Part shown: in pieces, positions 24,940-37,900 of the stretch
How the letters are laid out: each line of letters starts with the position of its first letter
Numbering within the stretch: the stretch's first letter is position 1
NCBI GenBank assembly: GCA_012026655.1
Contig: JAAILG010000310.1
Location: 1-64,000 of the forward strand
DNA from: Hydrolagus affinis
Lineage: Eukaryota
Direction: 5' to 3'
Length of the DNA: 64,000 bases
Translations under genes and position numbers: made by a program
Notes under the pieces: generated by a model
The model's database searches: none
What the model saw: only the letters and a program-made list of their open reading frames with translations
What the model was told of the DNA's origin: nothing

Positions 24940-27939
24940 AACCAAGGGAAACAGATGAAACTTATTAAGCACACATATAAGTGTAATACAGTATTGGATA
25001 TAGGGAGCCAATTGGAATTCCATGGCTGTGTTTACATGTGTTCAATGTCAATCCCCGTATCTTCTGTATTGCAATGATCTCTTAGTTGGTAATTCATACA
25101 GATAAAATCTAACCTCCTTTGACCATAACGTAATATTGGATTTTTTTTCAATAAAAAAACTATTAGTATTTAGTGACAAAATGTAAGCTGGTCAGAATAA
25201 TATATATGAATTTGGTACAATTCCAAGGAATGGTTGGTAGCCAGTTGGTATATGATTGCCTTTCCATACATAAGGAATCTCTCCTTGAATATACAGTTTT
25301 CTGAGTTTGAGTGTAACTAGCTCTCTGTATAATCAGTTCAGACACTAGCAAGGCACTGTCCACTACTATGATTAACAAAATTCTTATGATCTGATCTTGA
25401 ATTTGACACCTTCTCCAAGACCTCTCCAATAACCCTTTTACTAAGCTTCACTACCAACCAGTCAGGGCAAATCTCTCCTTTGTGCCTGTCAGTTTTAATA
25501 GACTGAATGTCACTTCTGCCTGTAAAAAGTGCCCACACTTCAGCTGTCAGTCAGCCCTTGCAGTGTCAACTGAGAGCATGGCTGGAGCCTGCTGGATTAG
25601 AGGGTAGTTACCATAGCTGTCAGACTACTGACAGCCTGACACCCACACTCCACACTGCCTTCCATTCCCTATGTAGCATTTTAGAGCTTTCTTAAAATGA
25701 AGAATACAAATCACAATTTCTCTTGCTCTGACACCAGCTCATTTCTTCATCCACATACAGGCCTTTGACCTTAGATAAGCAGTTTTATTATGTATGTATA
25801 AAAATAATGAGTGTTTCTGTCTAAAGAGAGTTAATGCAGAGTACTAACTAATTATAGTTTGTTATGGAGTCTGAGGTTAATATTCCTTCATGTACTTGTG
25901 ATATTGTTTCCCCTCTTGGCCTTGACAAACCTTAATGAAAGTTTTGAGACTTGACTGCAATAATAAGCAGATATTCACATGTCCTCTGTGTGAAGGCTTG
26001 AGCATGAAAAGCATGAAGCTTTTCTGTTTTTTACAACAGTTTGCATAGCCTAAAGCATCTATTAAAATCCCTTGTAAAATTCATAACATAAAGGATGCAG
26101 TGTGGGTTATGTCTAAAGGGAGAGAGAGTAAGCTGCTTATTAGCAAAAAGTCAGAAACCCAAAGCCAATTACAGATCAGAAAAGGAAGGGAAATTAAATG
26201 ACAGGGGAAATATATTTTTAAAACGCAATGGGCTCAGGTGAGGGAAAAAATAAGATCAAAACCAAACTGTGCTCAAAACATGTAATTAAATTGAACTAGT
26301 CCAAAGCAAATAATAGTGGCATTGCAACGGAAACTATGCAAAACAATCCTTAGCACTTGCTGGTCTGACGCATATAGCCTAAATTGGTAGGATTTAGATG
26401 CAGTCCCTGAAGAAGAGAACTAGGACTGGAAGGAAAAAGACTGAGCTCAAGAGATACTTAAGAAACCTCTGTGTGGAATTTCAAATGCCACAAATTAGAC
26501 TAAGAATTAGCCTGTTCCCCTTTAGCTGGAGGAAGGTAAATAAAATAGCATAAATAACACTAACATTGCTTTCCCCTAAATTGTATCTGCCTCTGGCCCA
26601 TTGCACAGAAACACAGAAGCTTTTCTTGTGCCACTAACTTCTGCTGGCACCAAACTGCAAAGTTGGTTTTTGAATTTTGATTTTGTTTCTTGCGACTTTT
26701 TAAAATCACGATAATTTTTTATGGCCCCATGTTAACCACTTGGACACTGAACACAGGTATGTGGATTAACTTCAGTAAAACAGGGTCTGGGTATTGGTAA
26801 CAGATGATATTGTTTTGCTTTGCTTACACTTACCACGAAGGGGAATCCATTAAGAATCCAGTTGGTGTTCTTGCAAAGTACAAGTGCAGACTAGCTGGTC
26901 TTGGGCAGGGTACTGTATTTTACTGATAGCCTATGTTTGAAGGCCGTTGAAGAGAGTTTTCATCAAAAATATAAACCCACTTATTTTCGGATTATTTGGG
27001 AGGAGTATTTTTTCTGTAAAAAAAACATAAGGAAGTTGGAGGGGAAAAATTTGACAGAAAACACTGTAAATTTGTGATGCATATGTGTTCCTGGAACTAG
27101 CATTACGGTGAAGTGGGTTTTGGGATGAGAACACACCAAACAAAATCAGAAAAATCAGTTATTGTAAAACGAAATTTGGATTTACCAATGGATTTTCACC
27201 CAAAACAATGTACTGTATATTTATTAATGAAAATCATTTAAAACATGTTTTAACAGTCTCTACATATGTTGTTCTTGCCCAGAAGCTTCTTATTGTAATT
27301 CTAATCATGAAGCTATTTTGCCCAATATATTTTACCAATATTAATCTAGTTCTCAAAGTACATTGCACAGGATACATTACTGATGTCAAACTAGTTCTGA
27401 ATCCATATTGCTGAAAAGTTGGATTGCTTTTTTCTTTTAGGTTCATGAATATCTCAAAACACAGCAAGCGCACTTTCAATGCATCGTTAAATACTTCTTT
27501 ATTTATCACCACAAACAATTAAACATCGTCAGAACACAACGTTTTATCTTTTCAGTCCCTCTCTACTTTTCCCTCCCACTGACTCTCTTGTGTGAGAATG
27601 CATTGCATTGAGATACTCCCTAACCCCAAAGGTCTTATTAATCAAGCAAAAACTCGCAATATTCATCCATCTCCACATTTCCACTCTGCAACCCCGACCA
27701 CCTTTTGTACACAGGCATTTCCTTCATCAAAGTCCCAGCAACACAGAAATCATTATGTCCTATGAAGAATTTGCTCATTTTAGTCATTGTTTATCCATAT
27801 AACCTCCAGTATTGTTCTGATACACATTCCTAGCCTGTGTTTTTTTTTGGTAGAAATTATTCAACACAGCATTACCTGTTTTTGCTGGGAGCCTGTGCTA
27901 CCTGCTGCTCTATGGGAGAAAAAACATCCTCTAATCTCT

Positions 27940-28235
27940 GGTCCCACTTGGAGACATTTTAATTTCAAACCTATATCCTCTTGTTCTGCTATCACCAAAT
28001 AGCGTGCTTACGTCGTTATCATCAATGCCACTTATTATTTTCAAGACCTGGATTGTGTGGCCCCTCAATTTTTTCCCGATAAGAATCGTTCAGCATAACT
28101 AAGCCTCCCTTCATAAAGTAGGTTTTGAGTCCTAGAGTTATTCTTGTTGCTCTTTGCTGTAACCTCTCGCCAATGCTTTAATATTCCAAAAGATAAGATG
28201 CCCCAAATGGCATTCAATATTCAAAATGTGAGTTT
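27940..28235 (-). mobile_element. Degenerate CR1 fragment
   Basis: CCTCTTGTTCTG..TTATTTTCAAGACCTGGAT..CCCCTCA..ATTCTTGTTGCTCTTTGCTGTAACCTCTC..CCCCAAATGGCATTCAATATTC, the reverse of a CR1 ORF2 end. Confidence 0.6.
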
Positions 28236-28301
28236 AAGGTTAGAATCACATTTTGACATAATTAAATGCTTTTCCAGACCCAATCTGCCAGTAGTAGCTC
28301 T

Positions 28302-28363
28302 GCCCTCCTGACGTGAAAGGCGCTCTATAAATGTAATTTTGTTGTTGATGTTGTTGTTTGTTG
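28302..28363 (+). mobile_element. L2 3' tail remnant
   Basis: CCTCCTGACGTGAAAGGCGCTCTATAAATGTAATTTT(GTT)n. Confidence 0.8.
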
Positions 28364-28927
28364 AGAAGGTTCCTATTTAATAGAAGCCTTTTAGAGAGAG
28401 AGAGAGAGAATTGTTTTGTATCACCTTTCTTTAAACTGCATTTTCAGTGTCGTAATGCTGCAGATCTTACATTTTACAAAAGCCTGTGCGAGTCAAATTA
28501 CATTTATTAAAGGATGACTTTGTTGTGCTGGTTTGGAAATAGACTAATACAAGTACTCGTCACAAAAACCTATTACTAAACCTATTAATCAGCTGCATGG
28601 CACTTTGTGTGGGCTTCAATGGCCAGTGGTCTATCCAGAGTTCAAACCGCTTTTAAATGTTGTTGTAACTATTAATTTTTAAATATTTTAATTTCAATGA
28701 AACTCACATCATTTTACCTAGCGATATCCAACTAAATCAGACACATTTGACCTGTATGGCTGGACAGGAGAGAGCTCATGTTGCAAAGCTTTACAAACTA
28801 TTTGATCTGTTTAATCAAAGTTACTCTGCAAGTCCAGCAACTATACTATACCTCTGAAATTATTGCCATAGTAGCCTAGAGAGGTTTGTATACCAGTCAT
28901 CATTGCGGTGCTGGTAATGATAAATAC

Positions 28928-29050
28928 AATAATAATCCTTGCATTTGATATAGAGCCTTATCAGGTCTTCGATATGTCTAAAAAGAGCTTCACAGAGTAC
29001 ACTGTAAAGTGAATTAACTGCGTGTTTTTGTTGGCGAAATGCGGCAGCGT
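28928..29050 (-). mobile_element. tRNA-SINE 3' fragment
   Basis: AATAATAATCCTTGCATTTGATATAG..CTTCACAGAGTACACTGTAAAGTGAATT. Confidence 0.85.
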
Positions 29051-30152
29051 TTGCTAGCATTGTTGTTAGGCTCTGATGCACTTGTGAACATTTTTCAAAT
29101 CAGAAATTTTTCATAGGATTTATTTTTATAGAGGAGTAATGAATATTCCAGTGTGTTTCGTGTAGAAATAAGGTAAATGAGCTGATTAAAGCGCAGAAAG
29201 TAGCTGAATACTCAGGTTTCTTTCATCACAACATAAAACATGCTGCAGCATTCATTATAATCATTCCTCGACAGGATCAAGAATAAGCGAGAGGCGACTG
29301 ATGCAGTATTAAAACTCACACAGTGCTGCCTTTGATATGTTCAGCTTGTTCCAGGAAGTATGCTTCAAATTCACATTAATAGCTGCTCTCTCAACTAATC
29401 AGATCATTGCTTTATAATAATCCATCTACTAATTATTGTTAATTGGAGAACATATGTTTTGTGCTCAGTGGGGTAGGGCGGACTGTGTTGAGGAATAAGA
29501 TTGTACTATTCAGCATTGGTGACAGTTCTAGCTGTTTTAACCTCTTTGGAATTCAGTCCAGCTTCACTCACGCTCTATATTAATTAAAATACATTATCTA
29601 ATGGCAAAACAATCGCTCCTATAGACTTGCCCTTCTGTGTAGAGGGGCCAGTTTTTTTTCCATTATAACTGAACTTAAGATGAATGCAAATATCGCTTGT
29701 TGCTGAAGTCACAAATACAATTTTAAAAGCAACTCTGTGGATTTTGGTGATTCCTATTGTCAAAAATGTCCTATTTATACTAGGAAACTGAAAGCAGTCA
29801 AAAGATGCGACTGAAATCTGAATTTTTTTTGTTTCTAGCGCCGAGGAGGCTGCAGTAAATGGTAAGTGTAAGTAAAGCTGCTACATTTGTAGATTACTGT
29901 GTCTTTGGTTGTGCTAGCTTTGTTGTAATTGGCGACCCTGCTTTTGGTGGTGAGAGAACAGAACAGAAAGTCATCCTTAACTCTCAGGAGAGTGTCTGAT
30001 TAATCAGATTATGCAAAACTGCTGCCTCCCTGGGAAGTGAGAACCAAATACAAAGTTACTGCACTTCAAAGAAACTTGGCGCAATGCTCTGAGATAGTTA
30101 TGCAGCTATAGGCACGATATGAAATGCAAGAATGATATATTATGTTCTGTTA

Positions 30153-30335
30153 TGTTACAAAGATTACAAAGAATATACAGCACGGAAACAGGCCACTCAT
30201 CCCAATTGGTGTTTATACTCCACATAGGACTTCACCCATTCCTTTACTCCCTCCCATAGCCTTCTATTCCCTTCTCCCCTGTGTATAGGTCTAGTTTGCT
30301 CTTGAATGCATCTGTATTATCTGATTCAACTACCT
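30153..30335 (-). mobile_element. CR1 3' end
   Basis: TTACAAAGATTACAAAGAATATACAGCACGGAAACAGGCCA 8-mer tail, followed by TTGAATGCATCT. Confidence 0.75.
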
Positions 30336-31164
30336 CCTTATTCATCCATGACATCCCATTATTAGTTAATTTTCCCTTATTTCTCAATGGAATATATTTG
30401 TAAGAGTCTTGATTTGAATCTGCAAAGATTGGTGGAATCTAAATTTTGTTCCACCTTGCATAATAATCTCTGTCCTCTTTTTGAACGTAAATTCCCCCTT
30501 TTCGCATTTCCCTATATTATGTATTTTTACTAAATTCTTACGAAAGACCTGCTCACAGCTCATTGCTGCTGGGTTCTGAGGTGGTACCACTTATATTGAC
30601 TTGTGTTTAAAATAATATGTGAAAATAGAGATACCCTCAAAACATGAATCAAACGGTTCACTTGGGAGCTTCAGAGTGAGAACATGTTATTTGTACGGCT
30701 GAACTCTCAATGCTCTCAAGGAAACAGGAAATGATTTGTACGGAACAGATTTAATAGGGATCAAAGCAATTCGGATATTTAAGCTAGTTATTTGTTGTAG
30801 CTTGAGGAGTCGGGCATGTTGATATGTGCTGATTGAACAATGAATTGTTCAGTAGCAATATTTTAGAATGAAGCTCTCCCGAATATATCATGAATTTTAA
30901 TAATGCAAAATGATAACAAATTGTCTGTGTTGTTCAAACACATCAAATGCATATTTAATGTTGCCTCAAACGTTGATTTTTGACTTCATTCCACAATGAA
31001 AACTAATAGCTTCTTGCAATGTTTATCATTTATTGTGCATACAGTAGGAATATTAACAAATTGGGAGGTCAATCTATTGGTCAGCATCTTGAGCCTGAAC
31101 TTAAACTGAGTTGTACTGTAATGACATTGTTTTGAAAACCAGAGGGTTTGTTTTTAAGTCATAT

Positions 31165-31325
31165 TATTAAAAATAATAATAAATTGGTCATTTCAATCCA
31201 CAACTGTTTGTGGGACTCTAGTGTGCAAAATTGGCTCCCGCGTTTCACCCACAAATATACAGTCAATTCACTTTACAGTATATTCTGTGAAAACTGCTAT
31301 ATCAAATGCAAAAACTAGTATTATT
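31165..31325 (+). mobile_element. tRNA-SINE 3' half
   Basis: AAATTGGTCATTTCAATCCACAACTGTTTGTGGGAC..CAGTCAATTCACTTTACAG. Confidence 0.85.
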
Positions 31326-31841
31326 TTTGATTGTTATAAAGTTGTTGATAAAACTACCAATTTTGAAGTTTTATAACCAATGTAGACAAACTATAAGTCT
31401 TAATTTCAAAGCACGGCTACTTAGGTAGTTCATTTGTAGGTAGTTTACATATCTGAATGTATTTTTATTCATGCAATTTCAAAGCACATATTGTGCATTT
31501 ATGTATGTAAATGGATCAACTATTGAAAAACAACTGTTTTATGATTTCACTAAAGAGAAGCATTACTGTGATACACACATACCTTTCCCTAGTACAAATC
31601 TGGTCAAGCAGCGTTCCGGTGTACAGCTCCTATTATATGTGGTTGCTGATCCAACCATAACATTTCTTTGCAAATTTATCTGGATTTCCCTGTATAAATT
31701 GTGCTTACCAGTGCATTGCTAGGTCAAGGCCAGTGGAAACCGGTACAACATCTCCTTGACACTATGATTTCTGCATTAATCTCCACCTCAAATGAGCAAG
31801 GAAGACAGCAAACAGCATCAACTGTACCTAATGTACATTTA

Positions 31842-32143
31842 CTCTCCATAGTGGTTAGAACACTCGCCTTGCAAGCCTGCTACCTGGATTCGATTCCAGG
31901 CAGGGCGACATCTTAGGCAAGTTTCCTTTCTCCACATGTCCAATAATAATCCCTCAAAAAACACAATAACAAAATTGTTCATTTCAATCCACGACTGTTT
32001 GTGGGACACTGCTGTGCGCAATTGGCTGCCGTGTTTCACCCGCAAATATGAAGTCAATTCACTTTACAGTATATTCTGTGAAATGCTTTGAGACGTCTAG
32101 AAGACATGAGAAGCACTATATCAAATGCAAGGATTATTATTAT
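31842..32143 (+). mobile_element. Full-length tRNA-SINE
   Basis: GTGGTTAGAACACTCGCCTTGCAAG..TTCGATTCC..tail GAGACGTCTAGAAGACATG..GCAAGG(ATT)n. Confidence 0.9.
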
Positions 32144-32398
32144 AACATTTTTCAAATGTACTGCATTGATATAAAAAAAAGGATGAAATCTGATCATACT
32201 CGTTTGAGTCAATTTTGCTGGTTGAACGCCAACAGTACATCAACACTTAATATGGAGCCACCAATTCTTGCCTCTTGCCAACCTGCACCTAATACTCTCT
32301 CGAATTAGGCGAGCAGAGTTTTAAATGTGGAACTCTATCTGGTTGGGATACTCAAACACGATGATGTCTTTCTGCATGTTTCAGTAATGTTTCAGAAG

Positions 32399-32702
32399 GG
32401 GAGTCCTGTAGCTCAGTGATTAGAGCATTCGCCTTACAAGTGTGAGACCTGTGTTCGAATCCAGGCAGGTCAGGGCGAAAACCTTGGGGAAATTTCCTTA
32501 CCACACACCTAATAATAATTCCTCCCAAAAATAACACAATTAGAAAAAATTCAATGTAATTTCATTTCAATCCATGACTGTTTGTAGGGTGCACAATTGG
32601 CTGCCTTGTTTCACTCACAAATATACAGTCAATTCACTTTACAGTATTCTGCCTAGAAGATGTGAAAAGCCCTATATCAAGTGCAAGGATTATTATTATT
32701 AT
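32399..32702 (+). mobile_element. Full-length tRNA-SINE (small internal deletions)
   Basis: GGAGTCCTGTAGCTCAGTG..GTTCGAATCC..GCAAGG(ATT)n. Confidence 0.9.
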
Positions 32703-33257
32703 GGGAGAGAGAAAAAACACATTTCAGCATTCTTCTTAAGATTTCTTTACGCTTTATATATTATTCTTAAGTCTAAATGCATGAAACAGAATTGCACCTC
32801 ACTGTGATGCTAGTATAATGTCTGACCATGCTTATTTCAAACATAGCCAGACATTACTGCTTTTTAGCGCACAAAAATATGAGGTGGAATTGATTTCATT
32901 TTATTGTGGATCCTGCGTTAGTTTATAGTTGGAGCTGCTTTAGAAACCTCAGGGGATGCTGCTCAGTAGGAAGACACATGCCTTGTGGCAAAGAGATTCT
33001 CAAATTAATCCTTAACATTGCCACAATTATGCTGGTCAACTGTTAAATAAACCAGACTTTTCTGGAATGCTAATTGAAGAGTGGAAGGGGAAATCGAAGG
33101 CTGTCTTCAAAACATGCTCAGTTTTAAATTTCTGCACAGTTTGCAGAGTGCATTTCTGGTTTGGAAGATTAGGTTTTGGCATATTGATTACTGCTTTAAA
33201 TCTTGGACAAAATGGCACATGAATGTAGTGTGACACTCCTCAGTGCCAAAATAATGT

Positions 33258-33850
33258 TATCCCACCCGTTTTAAAACAGCCATCATTACTCCTCATCCTC
33301 AAAAAACCTATCTTTGACCCATAAGCTGTTCTCTAACTACCTTCCTATCTCCAACCTTGCTTTTCTTTCCAAGGATCTGGAATGAGTTGTTGCTTCCCAA
33401 CTTCACTCTTTCCTCTCCCGCCATTCTCTTTATGAGCCCCTCCAATCTGGTTTCCGTGTCCACGACCTGCTTGCTCCACGACCCCCACTCTGCCTGCCCC
33501 ACCATCAAGTTGGGTCTTCAGCCTTTTTGCCTCTACCCTTGGTGAACTCCGTCCTGGAATCCCTTTGCCTCAGGCCCTCCCATGCCTCCTTGAAGACCTT
33601 CCTCTTTCAGTCATCCTCCCATCCTCACCCCTAGTTGCCCTCCAACCCTCTTGACTGCAACACAATTCACTTTACAGTACATTCTGTGAAGCTCTTTGAG
33701 ACTCTAGAAGACATGAAAAGCACTATACTAAATGCAAGGATTATTATTAGTATTATTATTATTATAACTCCCAGCTCAGATTCAAACCCTTGACTTCCAG
33801 CGCCTTGAGACATCCTCCTGGTGTACTATATAAGTGCAGTTTGTTGTTGT
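33258..33850 (+). mobile_element. Internally deleted L2 LINE (RT fragment + 3' UTR) with a SINE tail inserted at 33660-33765
   Basis: Degenerate RT motifs FKTAIITP..KKP..D...SNYLPISNL.FLSK.LE.VVASQL...YEPLQSGFR, then a jump to C-rich 3' UTR, the SINE tail, and an L2 hairpin with (GTT)n at 33798-33850. Confidence 0.8.
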
Positions 33851-33987
33851 TCTTGTGTGAACTAAATTAAAAAAACAATAGTGGCTTCTGGATCCATAAT
33901 ATCTTCTTGTGCTTCTTTAACACCTGCAAGCCTTGTTTCTATACTTGTGAAATTGCATGTTGTTCCTTATTTAGTAAGGGACCAAGA

Positions 33988-34150
33988 CAACAACAACAAA
34001 TTACACTTGTACAGCGCGTCTCACGTCAGGAGAACGTCCCAAGGCGCTGAACAGGTTGTTCGGGACCTGAGCAGACGAGGGAGGGTCAGGGTAGGGGGAA
34101 GGGGAAGGAGAGTAGGGGAGGGGGAAGAGTTAGCAGGGGAGCCGAAGGCG
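33988..34150 (-). mobile_element. L2 3' end
   Basis: (CAA)n ATTACACTTGTACAGCGCGTCTCACGTCAGGAGAACGTCCCAAGGCGCTG followed by G-rich reverse UTR. Confidence 0.85.
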
Positions 34151-35358
34151 CAGTCAAAGACAAAAATTGGGAGATCAGATATTTCCAATGGGAATCGTAT
34201 TTGGGGACTGATATGATGAGCTAAGTAGCCTATTTCTGTCCTGATATTTCTATAATTATTCAGTGCAGGCAATAAGAGCAGAGGCAAAATACTGTGGACT
34301 CCACAGACTCAAAGAAAGACACACTGAGAAAGCATTAGACACATTAAAAAAATCATGAGTACTTGGGGAACTGCGCAAGATAGGGAGCAAGTCAATTTTC
34401 AGTAAAGTCATTAAAAACTGATCGTGAATTACTTTAAAAATGTGAGAAAACCAATAAAAGCTGAAAACATAGAACATTAATTGTTATCTTTAGTCCACTT
34501 AATGCCTGCAACAGAAGCTTTCCAGCCAAAGCGCTTCTAACTAAAAATATAGTCTCAGTTTATCCATGTTTCTCATTAGGGCTGTGGTGCACTTTAAAGT
34601 GAGTCAGGCCAACCTCTCAATTGCCAAACAGCAAAGGTGAAACACAGCAGGGAAACAGACATTTTTGTGTCTATCTTCAAGGCTTTACTGCAGTGTCAGC
34701 TTTAACGCAAGTGCATATTCAATCCCTAAATGTCATTGTATAGTAAATTGCTGTTTATGCCATATGTCAAGTGCGTCGTAAACTTTATTCAAACCGACTT
34801 TTGATAATGATTTCAATATTTCAGACACATGCTTGTTGCGAAATTGTATTTCGTTAGAAATACAATTGTATTTATTTCACAATAAAATACAGCTATAAAA
34901 TTTCAGTGCTCCCTGTATAAAATATTACATATATATCAAACACAGACTTTGGTGCATGAAGTCAGTGCACTGAATGTTAATAATTGGACTGAATATGGCT
35001 TGTGGTTAGTTTATCTGCCATTATGTTTCAAATGCACAAGTGGGGTATTGTTTCTAACTATTGTTTTGGCCAATCTTCTCTCTTTCTGCTCCTGTCAGTA
35101 TGTTGTTCCATGGACTCAGGAAGCTCCACGGGACTTTACAACTTGGGCGCCTCAAGAGTGAATGTTGGCAGGATATGGAGACATTATCGCCAACTTGATC
35201 ATATTCTCCGCATTTACCTATACAGATTTTTCTGCTTTACTTGATAACAATCAGAATATTGCCTTTCCCCTCCCAAACTCAGAAGCGCAAAGACAAATCG
35301 TAATCCTCCCCCTCCTCCCTTTAGCTATCACCTTGATATCAAATAACCATAGTATCTT

Positions 35359-35422
35359 AACAACAACAACAAATTACACTTATAGAGCGCCTTTCACGTC
35401 GGGAGGACGTCCCAAGGCGCTG
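35359..35422 (-). mobile_element. L2 3' tail only
   Basis: (AAC)n AAATTACACTTATAGAGCGCCTTTCACGTCGGGAGGACGTCCCAAGGCGCTG. Confidence 0.85.
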
Positions 35423-35807
35423 TAAATCTTACAGTGAATGATGGGTTAACATTTGTTTATGACCCTTCTCCCAGCTCTAATATACACATTAATCATAGCT
35501 CATTTTGCGATTATACATGTATCTGTACTTTGGCTGTGAAAAAAGGAGGGCTACACAATAAACTATATTCTAGTAAAATGCTGATGTGTAAGAACAATGG
35601 CAAGTTACACCAAACAGGTAAACGGCTAGACAGTCCAGCTAATCTTGTGCTCAATGTGGGTACAGGAAAATAAAATGTAGAGGGATTTTTTCCGTTGTAA
35701 CATTTTTAAATAAATCTGTATTATCAGGACATGATACACTTCCTGTAAATTGGATATCGTGACAAAATCTGGTAAAAGATCAACACAAAAGTTTTGTCGG
35801 TATAATA

Positions 35808-36040
35808 TATAGGTAGGCCATTCAGCCCCAGGAACCTGTTCCGCCATTCTATCAGATCATGGCTGATCTATACCTCTATTCCAATTATCTGTGTTTACCT
35901 CATATCACTTGATAGCTTTACGCAACAAATATCTATCCACCTTAGTCTTGAAAATTTGAATAGATCCAGCATTCAAAGCCTTTTGGGGGAGAGAAATTTA
36001 CAGATTTCCATTAACCTTTGGGTGAAACAATACCTTTTGA
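35808..36040 (-). mobile_element. CR1 3' region
   Basis: GTAGGCCATTCAGCCC..CCTGTTCCGCCATTC..AGATCATGGCTGATCT, the characteristic chondrichthyan CR1 3' UTR. Confidence 0.8.
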
Positions 36041-36199
36041 TTCGAAAGAAAAACAGTTTGAAACAAACTGGACAACTCTGAAATGGTGATCATGATTGTC
36101 AGGCTCCACATTTTAATGATAGTTCGAAGTTCGTCTTCCAATTGTTATTATTGTGTTTTTCTTTTTTTTAAAAACTTACTAAAATCCCCTAAGCAGCAG

Positions 36200-37900
36200 C
36201 GAGTTTCTCTATCCTCAGGCAACAAAACCAGCACGGCCAAATTAACAGTTAGATCCCTTTGTCATAGAAATTCTGTCAAACGCATTCAAAATATGCGGCC
36301 ACAATTTTATCACTGCACTAATAAGTAGTGCTGCTTTGATTGCTTACATTTGACTAATGTGTAACATACAGATTAAAATTAGTAGTTCATCAGTGGGGAA
36401 CTGGCTATTACGTCTCTTGATAATGATCTGTAAGAAATAACACACATAAGTACTGTGTACAATCAATGCTTTCATATTGTTATGCAGTCACTCTTTTGAG
36501 TAAACCAGATACTAATATACAACTGATATTGAATACGTGGGAGCACAGCAATGGAACCATTTAATTGCATTGCTGTTCTTCTCAGCTTTTAAAATTTTTC
36601 ACACTAATGAAGTGTCATACCAAAAAAAGTTGTATTGATTTTTCCGCCACACAGCTTCAACCACAAATATGTAATTATCCCTTTTATATCTGGCAGGGGA
36701 TTAAAGTAATCTATAGTGCATCGTCTTTGTTCATCCCTGATGGGTTTCATGGTACTTTTACCCTTTTCAAAATATGTAGTCTTTTGATGAATGAACTTTA
36801 GGCAAAATGTTGCCCTAGCTTCTCGTTGCTCTGAAAGCAATGCAGTGGCTAATTTGTTTTTAATGTTATCTCCATTGGCTGATGCCTTTTCAAAGCGATA
36901 CACAGATATAAAGACCATGGCCTTTGTTTTTCTGTAGGTTTCTTTCCTTCTCTCTGTTCTCCTTTTCTCTGCTTCCTACAAACTACAGCATTTGCAAGAT
37001 CATTTGACCGCTGCAACATATGTGACTGATTTTCAAGTAGGTTGTGCAAGCATAAAACAGTTTGAGACACTTTGGCACAGATATCTTCGAGTATTTGCAC
37101 TTGTGCAAGCAAATCTGAATTCCTGGGAGAATCATAGCCTTGGCCCACATTAAGCAAATTATTTAGGCACAAAAAAAGCAAGGAGGTGCAAACATGCCCT
37201 TTAAGATGTATATTGAAATTGTAGTGACGTAAACTTCCAATGTTTACCAATCTCAAGAAATGAATATGAATTATTTGGAATAGTCTTTCCACATTTATAA
37301 TTGATATTGTTTTGATCAATTGTGAAATGAGCATTCCATTAACATCCTGAATAGCGATTAACATTCACTAAGTTGTCTGCTGTGTGTGTGTGTGTGTGTT
37401 TGTGTGCTAATGGAAAAGGCTCAAATTAATTCTACTCCAATCTAATGGAGCACTTGTGAAATGGCCCATCTTCATTTTACCTGAATGTAATACATGAGCA
37501 ATGCAATAAAATACACACTGACTGATTAGCATTTTTCAAATAACTATTGCTATTTCTTTGGTGAATGTTGCAAACAGGCTCAGTTAGTGGTACATCGAGA
37601 AGCAGCCTTATTGTTGGTGTGGGAACTGGGTACAAAGCAATGGGTGCTCTAGCTCGCAGGAACTGTTCCTGCAGTTTTTTCATGGGAAACCCTGTTACCT
37701 CATTGAAAGGTTTCAGATTTACCAATGAGCTGTTGTGATGGACATCATCGCTGTGCACTCAAATATCCTCAGAGCCCAAAGCCCCTCGAGTCCTGTCACA
37801 TCTCAGCAATTCATACTCATCTGTCATTTATTATAAAACACAATACGTGTTTACACACACTTGTCAAATGCAGTATTAAGAGGATAAAAATCATACATTT
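36200..37900. promoter_or_regulatory. Candidate conserved non-coding element cluster (contains a (TG)n tract at 37380-37406)
   Basis: 1.7 kb free of interspersed repeats, rich in TAAT, TGATT and TGTCA motifs; overlapping ORFs look non-coding. Confidence 0.35.

Noticed and set aside
36849-37364. 171-aa ORF on - strand
   Set aside because: Non-ATG start, no recognisable motif or clear splice sites; overlaps CNE-like sequence
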